Source: a candidate division FCPU426 bacterium (GTDB lineage: Bacteria > Oederibacteriota > Muellerivitia > Muellerivitales > Muellerivitaceae). From it: a DNA stretch of 64,000 bases. The number at the start of each line of letters is the position of its first letter. Position 1 is the stretch's first letter. Position numbers and translations under genes: made by a program. Below, in pieces: positions 1 to 10,341 of this stretch. The stretch covers positions 1 through 64,000 of the forward strand of contig CAVYSE010000016.1 in the NCBI GenBank assembly GCA_963771075.1, given 5' to 3'. The notes beneath the pieces were generated by a model. That model searched no databases. It saw only the letters and a list, made by a program, of their open reading frames with translations, and was not told the origin of the DNA.

Positions 1-310
1 CATGTGAAAACCCATTCACTAGTGATGAAACCAAAAGATTACACTGTTAATTGGACCCATCAAGGACAAGCGCATTAACCATATGTGGAACACCTTTGTT
101 AACCACAGCCTTGCCAACGCAGTTGAAGGCTTATTATTTTTGCTTTATCTCTCAAGAAACCATCTAATCAAGTACAGTTATCCCTTAATGGTTGGTCGCC
201 TTAAAGAATCTTCTCCAGCATACGCCCTGAATTTTCTTAAAGGTTGAAAATTCCGTGAAAAGGAGTTGATGGATGGGCTGAATTGAAATGATTGTTTTCT
301 AAAATTTTTG

Positions 311-1525
311 CTAATTACAGGCCTGTAAAAGGATTTTTTCCAATGAACGCCCAGAATTTTCCCAGCGGTAGGATTTTAAGATATACCTTTTTCCCTTGGC
401 CGCTTTCAGCCCGGCCTTTCGAGGGTTTTTCAAAATCTCCACCACCTTTTGGGCAAAAGGCCCCTTCCCCATCAGCCTCATCCACGAAAGTCTTACCTTT
501 GGGGCCCATCCACGCTACCGCCTGGGGCGTGGCCACCACCGGCACACCCAGGCTCAAGGCCTGGGCCACCTTGTTTTGCATGCCCGAGGCGATCCGCAGG
601 GGAGCGATGGAAAGGGTGGATTGGATGAAATAGGGTTCTACCCTTGGCACCCAACCCGTTACCAGGATGCTTTTCCCATCATGATATTTTTTTAACCGCT
701 CCCTGGGGTTCCCCCCCACCGCGGCGAACACAGCATTGGGCACTTGGGACAATACTCTTGGCCAAACCTTGTCCAAAAACCAAAGGGCTCCATCCTCATT
801 GGGCGTGTATCCCATATTTCCGACAAAACAAACCACAGGTCGGCCCGGCGGATAAAGCTTCCCCTTAGATGTCCGATAAGACTTAATAGATACCCCATTG
901 GGCACCACCTGCACCCTATCGAGGGGTGCTCCATTTTCCAAAAGAACATTCTCATCCTGGTCTGAAATGACCGTGCTTTGGGCGGCCCGGCGAACCCAAT
1001 CCACCTCCTCCCTTTTCAGGAACCAGTAATCCCATTTGGCGGCGATCTTCTGTTTCCAGGGCGCGCCCCGCAGGTCTTTCAATTTTCCTGTATATCCGGC
1101 CATGGAATCGGTCAATTCCAAAATGACCGGTTTGCCGGGATTGTAGGCGAAGGCCATGGGGGCCATGCGAAGCCGGTGGGCCAATACTACGTCCACCGAT
1201 CTCCCCTCATGGGTTTGCCAATAGGATTTCAAAACATCCATGAATTTCGGGGAATGATAACTCGACACGTTCAATGACCGATTCAGCAACAAGCCCCCAA
1301 AAAGATTCATCAACAGATCCCAATCGCTCAAATGCTCAATATAGAGGCTTCGGCAAAGGGGCCTCAGGGCCCCGGCCTGGTCCAAATCCGCTTGAACGCG
1401 GGTCAGACACATCAGATCCACCTGATGGCGTCTTCGTTTTAAATATGAAAGAAAATGAAAAAGCCGAAGTTTGTCACCGTCGTGGGGGGGAAGGGGACAA
1501 GGGGGGTCAGGACCAGGATGTTCAT
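311..1525 (-). CDS. GT4 glycosyltransferase (two apparent frameshifts)
   Basis: GT4 motifs FVGNMGYTPNEDG and GMQNKVAQALSLGVPVVAT. Adding one base to the G7 run at 1484-1490 joins MNILVLTPLVPFPP to HDGDKLRLFHFL...DLMCL. Removing one base from the A4 run at 455-458 gives a typical C-terminus (AFAQKVVEILKNP...YRWENSGRSLEKIL). Confidence 0.85.
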
Positions 1526-1628
1526 GGGGTTTTTTCCTTCGTACCAGTTCAATCTAAAGAATAACGCATCTGATGCAAATACCAAAAAACCAGTCCGTTG
1601 GAAAAAACCAAAACCTAAGGCCAAAAAT

Positions 1629-1738
1629 TTTTCGTCACAGATGCATGGGATTCATTAGAATTTCAAAAGACAAACTTCAGAAGTTTTTTCTCCGTTGTAT
1701 ACGTGTTTGGGAATCGCATCCTATGAATCCGCGGAAAA
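1629..1738. repeat. Degenerate palindromic intergenic element (CCACGGAT-type)
   Basis: Imperfect terminal inverted repeats. Shares GGATTCATTAGA (1648-1659) and CATCCTATGAwTCC with the element at 15571-15659. Confidence 0.55.
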
Positions 1739-1812
1739 TCGTGGTTTTGCTTTCCTTTTTTAACCAAAAAGACTCTGAATTTAATTATATTCGCCTTCAG
1801 GATTTTGTCTGG

Positions 1813-3681
1813 TTAGTTGCGTTCTTTTTGAGCGCTCCCTTTACCTGACAAGAACCATACCGTAAGCACCAGACAAAGGGCTACCCAAAAAACACTCAAT
1901 AGAAAGGTTTTTGTTTCCACCGGCACGGCGTGGAATGCCGGCTCCAACTGGGTGAAAGGGAGCCCCAGCCGGTCGCCCAGGATTTTCAATATCCAATTCT
2001 CACCTTGAAGGCGGTTGTACCTCATCCAGGGCACGGCAGCCAGAACCCAATTCACGGCGGCCCCGATCCCAAAAAGGACAACGACGAGTTTGAACCACCC
2101 ACTCCCTTGGCGCAACCTTTCCAAAACCGGGTAAAGCAGGATCAACAAGAGCGGCGTAATCCCCACCATATAACGGGCGGCGGGGGTTAGCCCCAAGTTC
2201 TCGTAAAAACACATAAAGAGATAAAAAAAACCGAAGGTTCCCAGCACCAAGCGTCGCAGGGGATTCGGCGAAAACCAAAGCAGGAAGGCTCCCGCGGCCA
2301 TCAGGGCAAAGACGGGGAAATGGAACCAAAGCCCGCATTCCTGGTCCAGGATCAAGCCGAAGAACCCGATGAAGAACCGGCTTATTGGAAAAAGCGAGGC
2401 GAAAGCCTCATGGTGCGCCCCCAGCGGGGTGAAAACCCCGTAGACATGCAGGAAATAAAGCGCAAGCAAAAGCGTGGGGGCCAGGAAACCTGCGGCTCCC
2501 CTGCCCAATGCTTTCCAACGGTCTTTCCCCAAGGATGCCGTCTCGAAAACAAGCAGGAAAAAGAGTGGCAGGACCAACAAGACATTTCGGTTATGCATCC
2601 AAAGCATAGCGCTCAAATCCAGGCCCAAGAGCAACCACCTTTTTTTTAGGAACAACCAGAGGGCCAAGGCCACCAAGAGGGCCGTGGGTATTTCGGGATA
2701 GATCAACCCCGAGAACAATAGCAGGGGGCTAGAGAACAAACCGATCCAGCCCACCGCCCTCAAGGCCCATCCGGCCGCGCCTGTCCCCTCCATTACCTTC
2801 AAGGTCAGGAAAAGGGCCAGGGCCGCCACAATCGCCATGGTCAATGCCGCGCCCAACCGCCCCAGCATGGCAAAACCCATAAAAACCAATAGAACCGGGC
2901 CTAGCGGGTGGTAGCTGTAAACTTTCCCATTCATGAAATGATCCAAACCCTGAGGGTCCATCCGACCCCGGTGGTAAAAGTGGAAATAATCCTGGTTCAG
3001 GTAATTGTTGGCCAGGTCCAGGTCTCCGTCATGCAAAAGGCTGTAGTCCATCAATAAATAGTGGGGTTCATCCCCGCTCAGGTCGCATTGGGTCGTCCAA
3101 AGGGTCATGCCTAAAAAGAAAAAAAAAGCCACCCAACCCAACTTACCCGAGTAGGAAATCCTGGAATGTTCTAACTTTTTGTTTTGCTTTTCCATATGGA
3201 CCTTATTTAGTGCCTGGGTGGGATGCAAGTTTGTTCCTGAAGGGAAATCGTCATGATCTTGAGTAAACAGATTTTCCTCTTTTCCAATCCGCGCCAGTAA
3301 CCATCCGGCGAAAAGGAACAAATGGGCGGTCCACATGACGCCGAAGAGGATCTGGATTTTCCGAAAAACGAAATTATGCGGATCGGGCAGGGTTAGGTGG
3401 AGGGCCCACGGAAGGGCCAGGCTGAGTATCCAGGGTAAGTGGGTCAATAGAATGGGTGTAAAAAAAGATTCCGCAGAAAAATTCGTCAGACGGGTCGCAA
3501 GCAAAATCTCGAACAGGAAGGCAATGATTAAAATACCGAACAATATCTTCCCAAACGGGATTGAGGATTCCGGCGAACTGGTCAATGCCTTTATCGCGGC
3601 CGTTTTGAAAAAAAACAAGGATGAAGCGATTCCTGCGATCAAAGCTAAATGGACATAGGGTAGATATGGATTGGATTTCAA
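1813..3681 (-). CDS. Polytopic membrane protein, GT-C-like glycosyltransferase
   Basis: Many TM helices; acidic loop motif SGDEPHYLLM and IYPEIP typical of GT-C/PMT-like proteins; overlaps the upstream GT4 gene. Confidence 0.65.
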   Translation of the reverse strand: MKSNPYLPYVHLALIAGIASSLFFFKTAAIKALTSSPESSIPFGKILFGILIIAFLFEILLATRLTNFSAESFFTPILLTHLPWILSLALPWALHLTLPDPHNFVFRKIQILFGVMWTAHLFLFAGWLLARIGKEENLFTQDHDDFPSGTNLHPTQALNKVHMEKQNKKLEHSRISYSGKLGWVAFFFFLGMTLWTTQCDLSGDEPHYLLMDYSLLHDGDLDLANNYLNQDYFHFYHRGRMDPQGLDHFMNGKVYSYHPLGPVLLVFMGFAMLGRLGAALTMAIVAALALFLTLKVMEGTGAAGWALRAVGWIGLFSSPLLLFSGLIYPEIPTALLVALALWLFLKKRWLLLGLDLSAMLWMHNRNVLLVLPLFFLLVFETASLGKDRWKALGRGAAGFLAPTLLLALYFLHVYGVFTPLGAHHEAFASLFPISRFFIGFFGLILDQECGLWFHFPVFALMAAGAFLLWFSPNPLRRLVLGTFGFFYLFMCFYENLGLTPAARYMVGITPLLLILLYPVLERLRQGSGWFKLVVVLFGIGAAVNWVLAAVPWMRYNRLQGENWILKILGDRLGLPFTQLEPAFHAVPVETKTFLLSVFWVALCLVLTVWFLSGKGSAQKERN

Positions 3682-4895
3682 CTCATTGGATCCTTCCCCA
3701 GCCTCCGTCCCATGCGCCCATAAACTGGCAGGGTCAAGCGGGCGGTCCTATCCCAGGTGAATTGCTTGGCCCGGGCCAATCCCTTTTTCACGAGGACCTG
3801 GCGGGCGGCGGGCTCGTTATAGAGAGCTTCAACGACTCGGGCGATGTCTTCCGGTTTTTCGGGGTCCACCAGTGCCGCCGATTCGCCCGCCACCTCCGGT
3901 AGGGACGTAGTGCTTGAAGTCACGACCGGCACGCCCGAGGCGAAGGCCTCCAAAACGGGCAGGCCAAATCCCTCCAATCGGGAAGGGTAAAGGAAAAGAT
4001 CCACTTCGGTATAAATGGCCCGGAGGATCTCGTGGGACACGTTCCCGACCCACTCCAGATGGCTCCCCAGGTCCAGGTCGATGGCCTCTTGGAGGTAGCG
4101 GGTGCTGTTCAATTCGGCCTCATCCATCCCCACGATCAAAACCTGAAAGGGAATGTTGTGGTTTTTCCAAACTTGTGCGGCCTTCAGGATGTTGGAAAGG
4201 TTTTTGCGTTCATCCGCCGCCCCATGCACCAGGATTTTGAAAAGCTTCGAAGGCTTTCGCTTTTTCCGGGCAAAGGCCTTGGGGTCTACCCCTTCCAGGG
4301 TGACGGTGATCTTGTCCTCGGTGACTCCCGTGGTCCGGACGATTTCCTTTTTGGAGAATTCGCTTACGGTGAGTATTTCCGTGGCTTTATGGGCCGATTT
4401 GGGTACCACCCACTGCTTATAGGTATAGACCAACCGATACCATAAGCTGGGCCGGGGTCTTACTTGGGAGAGGGGGCGTACATGCATGGCGTCGTGCAGG
4501 GTCAAGACATAGGGAAAGCCGGTGAAGGTTGTGCCTGAATTATCCACATAATGAAGAAAGTCGAGGCCCTGTGTCCTGGCGGCCTTGGGCAATAGCCATT
4601 GCTCGTATTGGGCGGGGTTGCCGTAGGGAAGGTCGACGCACTCAAAACGGTTGTTTTTGATTTGGGACCGAAGATTTTCAGGAGCGTTAAAAAGGGTGTA
4701 TTGGTTCAACCGGTCAACGCGGGAAAGGGCCAGGATCAGGTTAGCCGTATAGGTACCGACGCCCCGGCGGTAGGCCAGGCGGGCGTCGATCCCGATTTTC
4801 AGGGCTTTAGGATTTGGCTTTCTTGGCACGGTCCACGAGGAGGACAGGTATTCCGTTTTCAATCGGGTATTGGTTTCGGCACTCGGTGCAAACAA
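3678..4895 (-). CDS. GT4 glycosyltransferase (mannosyltransferase-like)
   Basis: KIGIDAR...RGVGTY N-terminus, RKNL, YPSRLEGFGLPVLEAFASGVPVVTS. True start may be somewhat downstream. Confidence 0.9.
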   Translation of the reverse strand: MFAPSAETNTRLKTEYLSSSWTVPRKPNPKALKIGIDARLAYRRGVGTYTANLILALSRVDRLNQYTLFNAPENLRSQIKNNRFECVDLPYGNPAQYEQWLLPKAARTQGLDFLHYVDNSGTTFTGFPYVLTLHDAMHVRPLSQVRPRPSLWYRLVYTYKQWVVPKSAHKATEILTVSEFSKKEIVRTTGVTEDKITVTLEGVDPKAFARKKRKPSKLFKILVHGAADERKNLSNILKAAQVWKNHNIPFQVLIVGMDEAELNSTRYLQEAIDLDLGSHLEWVGNVSHEILRAIYTEVDLFLYPSRLEGFGLPVLEAFASGVPVVTSSTTSLPEVAGESAALVDPEKPEDIARVVEALYNEPAARQVLVKKGLARAKQFTWDRTARLTLPVYGRMGRRLGKDPMS

Positions 4896-4986
4896 TGGAT
4901 TCGTTCACTTCCCGAACCGCCGACCCGCAGGCAGGACAAATCATGATGTTCAAAAGATCGGGTGAAATCACTGGTTCCTCTTTTAA

Positions 4987-5772
4987 TTAAGATTTTTTCG
5001 TAGTAGCCCTAAGAAGGATTCCCCCACCCATACCGGGAAGAAAAACTTTTCCGATGGAATCTGTCAAGGTCAGGAAGCTCCGGCACGTCGAATCACCCAA
5101 AAGGGAGAGGATTCGCTCAAAAATCCTGGGTAATTTCAAGTAATTATAGGTTTGCACTTCCACCCTGTCAAACCGGGCCTCCCGTGCCAGTTTCTCCAGA
5201 TCGTCCGGCCCGAAAAAGAACAAATGATCCGTTTGCTTCGCCTTGTGGGACCGGTTAATGAAAGGTAACAAGCGTTTGAAGTAGGACCGGTCGTTCGTCA
5301 CCGAAACCACCAGCACCCCGCCGGGCTTTAAAAGCCTTCTCGCCTCGGCAAAGACCTTTGTCGGGTCGAAACAATGGTCAATCACCTCTTTCACCACCAC
5401 TCCCTGCGCCGCCATGTCAGGGAGGGGAACCTGCTCGGCCAGTCCTTGGATGAAACCCAACCCAAAAGTCGGAATGTCTCTTTGTTTCAATTGTTCCGCC
5501 GAGGGCTCGACACCTAGATAGTTCCATACATTCTCTCTTCCCTTCTCTTGAAGAAAGAGAGCGAATTCACCCCGCCCCGCGCCCAGATCCACGAGTAGGG
5601 GTTTCAAGGATTTAACTCCAGATGATTCGAAGTTTTCGCTCAGTATCGCGTCAACTTTTTCATCCAACCGCCGATATCTAAGTCTCATAAGCGAGGTCAG
5701 GGACTTGAGGAATGCATCATCATCCCAATTAGATTGCAGTTGTTTCCACTTCGAGTAGGTTGGATTATCCAT
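4987..5772 (-). CDS. Class I SAM-dependent methyltransferase
   Basis: LVDLGAGRG motif I; RLLKPGGVLVV. Confidence 0.85.
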   Translation of the reverse strand: MDNPTYSKWKQLQSNWDDDAFLKSLTSLMRLRYRRLDEKVDAILSENFESSGVKSLKPLLVDLGAGRGEFALFLQEKGRENVWNYLGVEPSAEQLKQRDIPTFGLGFIQGLAEQVPLPDMAAQGVVVKEVIDHCFDPTKVFAEARRLLKPGGVLVVSVTNDRSYFKRLLPFINRSHKAKQTDHLFFFGPDDLEKLAREARFDRVEVQTYNYLKLPRIFERILSLLGDSTCRSFLTLTDSIGKVFLPGMGGGILLRATTKKS

Positions 5773-5947
5773 TGAGAATTCCCTTCAAAATTACCTTTTA
5801 CTTCCCCAACTTCAAAAAAACATGGTTTTTTAAGTTTTGGCGCCTTTTCCCCTTTAACTCAAGGAGCCATAGAATAAAGGACTACACCCCCCAAAAAATT
5901 TGTTTAATGGAAGGTAGCATGCGTTGGATTTGGTGAGTCGTTAAGGT

Positions 5948-6538
5948 TTATCCAATAAAAGGAATAACCCAAAATATGACCGTGAGAATGAAAAGAATAA
6001 CATAGAAGGTGAAGAAGACGATGTGCAGAGGCTCCAAAAAGTAATGCAGAGTAGCCCGGGCCATACCCTCCACCGAATGCAAGCCTGTGGTTGATTGTTT
6101 TTGAGCCTTACTCAATGCCCTATTCAAGCGATTAGGGTCCTTGAAACGGCTGATAAAGAAGCGGGTCATGATCCATTGAAAGAAACTTGGAAAGGGCTTG
6201 AGTACCTCCCGAAAGAAAACCTGTATCTTCTCGGTCCACTCCCGTCCGATAGAATTAGCCGTCACGGGGACCAGTTGTGCCGCAGTTTGGAACAACAGGG
6301 TTAAAAGATGATCGAGAACCCTTTGGAGGGCAATTGCCCAACCCGCCAAAAGCCCCATTACCCCACCCACCAGATACATGTAGATATATGGGAATCTCGG
6401 TCCTGACCCCGAACCCGGATGAATTGCACTGTAAAGGAGAGCTAGCCCTCCCCCAAGGCACAAGCCTACGGCAATGCCTAAGGTTAAAGCCTGGACAAAG
6501 ATTTTAATGAACGGACGCAACAACGCCTCCTTAAACAT
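5948..6538 (-). CDS. Hypothetical membrane protein
   Basis: 196-aa ORF with about three hydrophobic segments; no recognised motif. Confidence 0.6.
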   Translation of the reverse strand: MFKEALLRPFIKIFVQALTLGIAVGLCLGGGLALLYSAIHPGSGSGPRFPYIYMYLVGGVMGLLAGWAIALQRVLDHLLTLLFQTAAQLVPVTANSIGREWTEKIQVFFREVLKPFPSFFQWIMTRFFISRFKDPNRLNRALSKAQKQSTTGLHSVEGMARATLHYFLEPLHIVFFTFYVILFILTVIFWVIPFIG

Positions 6539-6723
6539 GACGTTTCGTATTTTAAAGATGCGAAAGTAATTGTCTTACAGCCATGGACATAAAGGGAGAA
6601 TATCCACAAAACTGTACTGCTCGCCCTTCTTGAACCCTATCATTTCCTTCGTTAAACACCTAACAAATTGGCCCTCTTTATGCTTTTCACCTTTTCATCA
6701 AATAACAAATGAAGGGTATATCC

Positions 6724-8175
6724 ATGGCTTTCGAAAACTACGAAACCGACATTTTTTACGATGAACTTTTCGAGCGAAACGGCGAACCCCGGGCGAGCGC
6801 CGCGCCCCTGATCAAGCGTTTGAAATCCATGAGCCCTGCGGACTTGATCCGCCAGCAAAAGGCCGCCGAGACCGAATTCCACCAGTTGGGAATCACTTTC
6901 ACGGTTTACGGCGACAAGGCGGGAACCGAAAAAATATTCCCTTTCGACATCATTCCCCGCATCGTGAACTACGAGGAATGGACGCATATCGAGGCGGGCC
7001 TGACCCAACGGATCCGCGCCCTAAATCTTTTTATCGACGATATATACCATGGCCAAAAGATCCTCAAGGACAACATCATTCCCGCCGAGATGTTGCGAAC
7101 CTCCTCCGGTTTCAAACCCGAGTGTATTGGGCTCAACCCGCCGGGCGGGATCTGGATCCACATCACCGGAACCGACCTGGTGCGCAACCGCGATGGTAAC
7201 TACTACGTTCTGGAGGATAATTTAAGGTGCCCTTCCGGCGTTTCCTACGTGTTGGAAAACCGCTCGGTGCTCAAGCGAACCCTGCCCCAGGTTTTCGAGG
7301 ATATGTCGGTTCGGCCCGTGGACGATTATCCCCACCGCCTACTTGACACCCTCTGCCAAACCGCGCCCGCGAGTGCAAAGGGGAGGCCTAAGGTCGTGGT
7401 CCTCACCCCCGGTCCCTATAACTCGGCCTATTTCGAGCACGCCTTCCTGGCCCAGCAAATGGGTGTGGAACTGGTCGAGGGACGAGACCTGGTCGTGCTG
7501 GATGGCTATGTTATGGCCCGCACCACCAAGGGTTTCGAGCGGGTGGATGTCATTTACCGCCGGGTGGATGACGACTTCATCGATCCTCTCGTCTTCAACA
7601 AGGATTCCCAGCTGGGCGTGCACGGATTAATGGAAGTTTACCGCAAGGGCCGCCTGACCTTGGCCAACGCGCCGGGCACCGGCGTGGCGGATGACAAGGC
7701 CATCTATACCTATGTACCCGACATGATCCGATACTACCTGAACGAGGAACCCATCCTGCCCAACGTGCCCTCCTACGTTTGTTGGGAACCCGCCCAGAAA
7801 AAATACGTCCTGGATAATCTGGGCAGCCTAGTCGTGAAGGCCGTCAACCAGTCGGGGGGTTACGGCATGCTGGTCGGCCCCCACTCCACCGCCAAGGAAC
7901 AAAAAAAATTCGCCGAGCTGATCCAGAAAAACCCGAGGGATTACATCGCCCAGCCCACCCTCTCCCTTTCGCGTGTGCCCATCATTGTGGACGACCATTT
8001 CGAAGGCCGGCACGTGGACCTTCGCCCCTACATCCTTTACGGCAAGGCGCCCTATATCATCCCGGGAGGCCTCACCCGGGTGGCCCTGAAAAAAGGTTCT
8101 CTGGTGGTGAACTCCTCCCAAGGCGGTGGCAGTAAGGACACCTGGGTGTTGGACAAGTCCCCGTCCCCGCATTAG
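6724..8175 (+). CDS. Circularly permuted type 2 ATP-grasp protein
   Basis: GITFTVYG, VLEDNLRCPSGVSYVLENR, NSAYFEHAFLA, RHVDLRPY, VVNSSQGGGSKDTWV. Confidence 0.95.
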   Translation: MAFENYETDIFYDELFERNGEPRASAAPLIKRLKSMSPADLIRQQKAAETEFHQLGITFTVYGDKAGTEKIFPFDIIPRIVNYEEWTHIEAGLTQRIRALNLFIDDIYHGQKILKDNIIPAEMLRTSSGFKPECIGLNPPGGIWIHITGTDLVRNRDGNYYVLEDNLRCPSGVSYVLENRSVLKRTLPQVFEDMSVRPVDDYPHRLLDTLCQTAPASAKGRPKVVVLTPGPYNSAYFEHAFLAQQMGVELVEGRDLVVLDGYVMARTTKGFERVDVIYRRVDDDFIDPLVFNKDSQLGVHGLMEVYRKGRLTLANAPGTGVADDKAIYTYVPDMIRYYLNEEPILPNVPSYVCWEPAQKKYVLDNLGSLVVKAVNQSGGYGMLVGPHSTAKEQKKFAELIQKNPRDYIAQPTLSLSRVPIIVDDHFEGRHVDLRPYILYGKAPYIIPGGLTRVALKKGSLVVNSSQGGGSKDTWVLDKSPSPH

Positions 8176-8207
8176 CAGGAGGGCGCAAGTGAACACACAA
8201 CAAACTA

Positions 8208-8395
8208 TTCACCCCGGAGAAACGGAGACGCAAAGGAAGGCTTATTTCTTGATATCGGCAACTCCCCTAAAGCAATTTTTTGAGGTGCCCCTCATACTTT
8301 TTCTTATAAAGAAATTATTCGTGATTGACTATTCCCGATTTTCATGCATTTCACCAAGTGTGCCTTTCCCTGTGCCTCTGTGCCTCTGTGGTGAA
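8208..8395. repeat. Degenerate palindromic intergenic element (CACCACAGAGGCACAGAG-type)
   Basis: TTCACCCCGGAGAAACGGAGACGCAAAG (from 8208) pairs imperfectly with CCCTGTGCCTCTGTGCCTCTGTGGTGAA (8368-8395) around an AT-rich core. Confidence 0.6.
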
Positions 8396-8412
8396 AGCCT
8401 TGAGGTGTTCCC

Positions 8413-9414
8413 ATGTTAAGCCGATTGGCCGATTCCCTCTTCTGGCTGGGGCGCTACGTGGAACGTGCCGAAAATGTGGCCCGCTTCATCGGCGTCAACC
8501 TGAACCTGATGCTGGACCTGCCCATGGAAAAATCCCAACAATGGCGGCCCCTCGCCGTCACCACCGGGGATTACGCGGCCTTCGTAAAAAGCTACGGTGA
8601 ACCCACTCGCGAGAACGTGATCCGCTTCCTGATGTACGACACCCTCAACCCCAACTCCGTCTTGTCCTGTCTGCAAAAAGCACGCGAAAACGCTCGCACT
8701 AGCCGGGAAGTGATCTCCTCCGAAATGTGGGAGCACGTGAACATCTTCTACCACCAGGTCAGCGGGGCGCTGAATAACCCCCCCAACGACGACTTTCTCT
8801 ACCATTTCTGCCGCTCGATCCGCTTCAACAGCCACCTTTTCTCGGGCCTCAGTGACGACACCATGTCCCACACCGAGGCATGGCACTTTTTACGTTTAGG
8901 GCGGCTCTTCGAGCGCGCGGACAAGACCGCCCGCATCCTGGACGTGAAATATTTTATCCTTTTACCCAAGGTAGAGGATATCGGCACCCCCTACGACATC
9001 ATCCTCTGGACCGCGCTCCTCAAATCCGCTTCCGCCAGCGAGATGTATCGAAAGAAGCACAGCCTCATCCAACCCGCCAGGGTGGCGGAATTCTTGATGA
9101 TCGACCCCGACTTCCCCCGTTCCATGCGCTATTGCCTGGTGAACGCCGAAAAATCGCTCCGGGCCATCGCCAACACCCCGCCCGGGACCTATTCCAACAA
9201 CGCGGAAAAACAGCTGGGACTGCTTCGGGCGGAGCTGGATTACGCCGATACGGACGAGATCATCAAGGACGGATTACACGAGTACCTCGACAACTTTGAG
9301 GCCAAGCTGAACAAGGTGGGAGACGCGCTGTATTCGGTTTTCCTTGCCTTCCGACCCCTGCCGGAACACGCCCCGAAACCGAAAATTCACAAGATGGAGA
9401 CCCAACAACAATGA
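8413..9414 (+). CDS. Alpha-E domain protein
   Basis: MLSRLADSLFWLGRYVERAENVAR and LGRLFERADKTARILDVKY (two ER motifs); follows the cpATP-grasp gene. Confidence 0.95.
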   Translation: MLSRLADSLFWLGRYVERAENVARFIGVNLNLMLDLPMEKSQQWRPLAVTTGDYAAFVKSYGEPTRENVIRFLMYDTLNPNSVLSCLQKARENARTSREVISSEMWEHVNIFYHQVSGALNNPPNDDFLYHFCRSIRFNSHLFSGLSDDTMSHTEAWHFLRLGRLFERADKTARILDVKYFILLPKVEDIGTPYDIILWTALLKSASASEMYRKKHSLIQPARVAEFLMIDPDFPRSMRYCLVNAEKSLRAIANTPPGTYSNNAEKQLGLLRAELDYADTDEIIKDGLHEYLDNFEAKLNKVGDALYSVFLAFRPLPEHAPKPKIHKMETQQQ

Positions 9415-10164
9415 CCTTCTGCATCGCAATGAAAGTGAAGGACGGCCTGGTGGCCCTGGCCGACACACGAATCACCAGCGGCACCGAGCACATCACGGGG
9501 AAAAAGGTGACCGTGCATCCCAACGGCAATCATCCCATCTTCCTGATGACGTCTGGGCTCCGTTCCGCGCGGGACAAGGCGCTCACCTATTTCCAGGAAG
9601 TCTTGGACGGGCCGGACAGCCGCTTTGACAAGCTCTACAAGGCCGTCAACGCCTTCGCCGAGCAGCTACGGCGGGTCGCCAAGGAGGACAAGGAGGCCCT
9701 GGAAACCAGCGGTTACCCCTTCAACCTCTTTTCCATCATGGGCGGGCAAATGGCGGGCGACGCGGAGCACAAGCTTTACCTGATCTATCCGCAAGGCAAC
9801 TGGGTGGAGGTCACCGAAAGCACGCCCTATTACGCCATCGGGGAGTCCAGCTACGGCAAGCCCCTGCTTGACCGAGCGCTTTATTTCGACAGTTCGATGG
9901 AGCTGGCCCTGAAGGTGGGCTACCTGGCCTTCGAGGCCACCCGTTCCAGCGCCACGGACGTGGACTTCCCCATCGACGTGGTGATCTACCACAAGGGGTC
10001 CTTCATGATGGACGAGATCCGCTATCGACCAGAAGGACATGGTGAAGGTTTCCGACTGGTGGAAGCAACGGGTGCGGGAAACGGTGGAATTGTGCCCTTC
10101 CGATTGGGCCCAGGCCGCCCTGGAAAAAAAATCGAACCTCAAAGCGGTCGATTCGGGCGCGTAA
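9411..10164 (+). CDS. Proteasome-type Ntn protease (Anbu family), apparent frameshift near 10026
   Basis: MTFC start gives Thr1; ADTRITSG, LYLIYPQGNW, IGESSYGKPLLDR. Removing one base at about 10026 gives DQKDMVKVSDWWKQRVRETV...* ending 10164, instead of the low-quality tail to 10235. Confidence 0.88.
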
Positions 10165-10187
10165 AGGAAAATACGCAGACAAAAAGG

Positions 10188-10306
10188 AACACTAAGGGTG
10201 CGAAGTTCGCTAATACAAGCAACAGAGGAAATTAATTTAAACGAAGTTAAAACCTTCGATCTTAGAAGCCGTAACAAAACCATGCTTTTCTTCGCGTCTT
10301 CGCGTT
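10188..10306. repeat. Degenerate palindromic intergenic element (CGCGAAGACGCGAAG-type)
   Basis: CTTCGCGTCTTCGCG at 10290-10304 is identical to 22711-22725; a weak inverted partner lies at 10188-10205. Confidence 0.55.
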
Positions 10307-10341
10307 GAAAAAATCTTTTTTTGGTTTTACGGGGAGCGTCC

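Noticed and set aside
1..247. AT-rich open stretch on the plus strand (29-247), possibly the end of an upstream gene
   Set aside because: In-frame stops at the window start and no recognisable motif; cannot be called.
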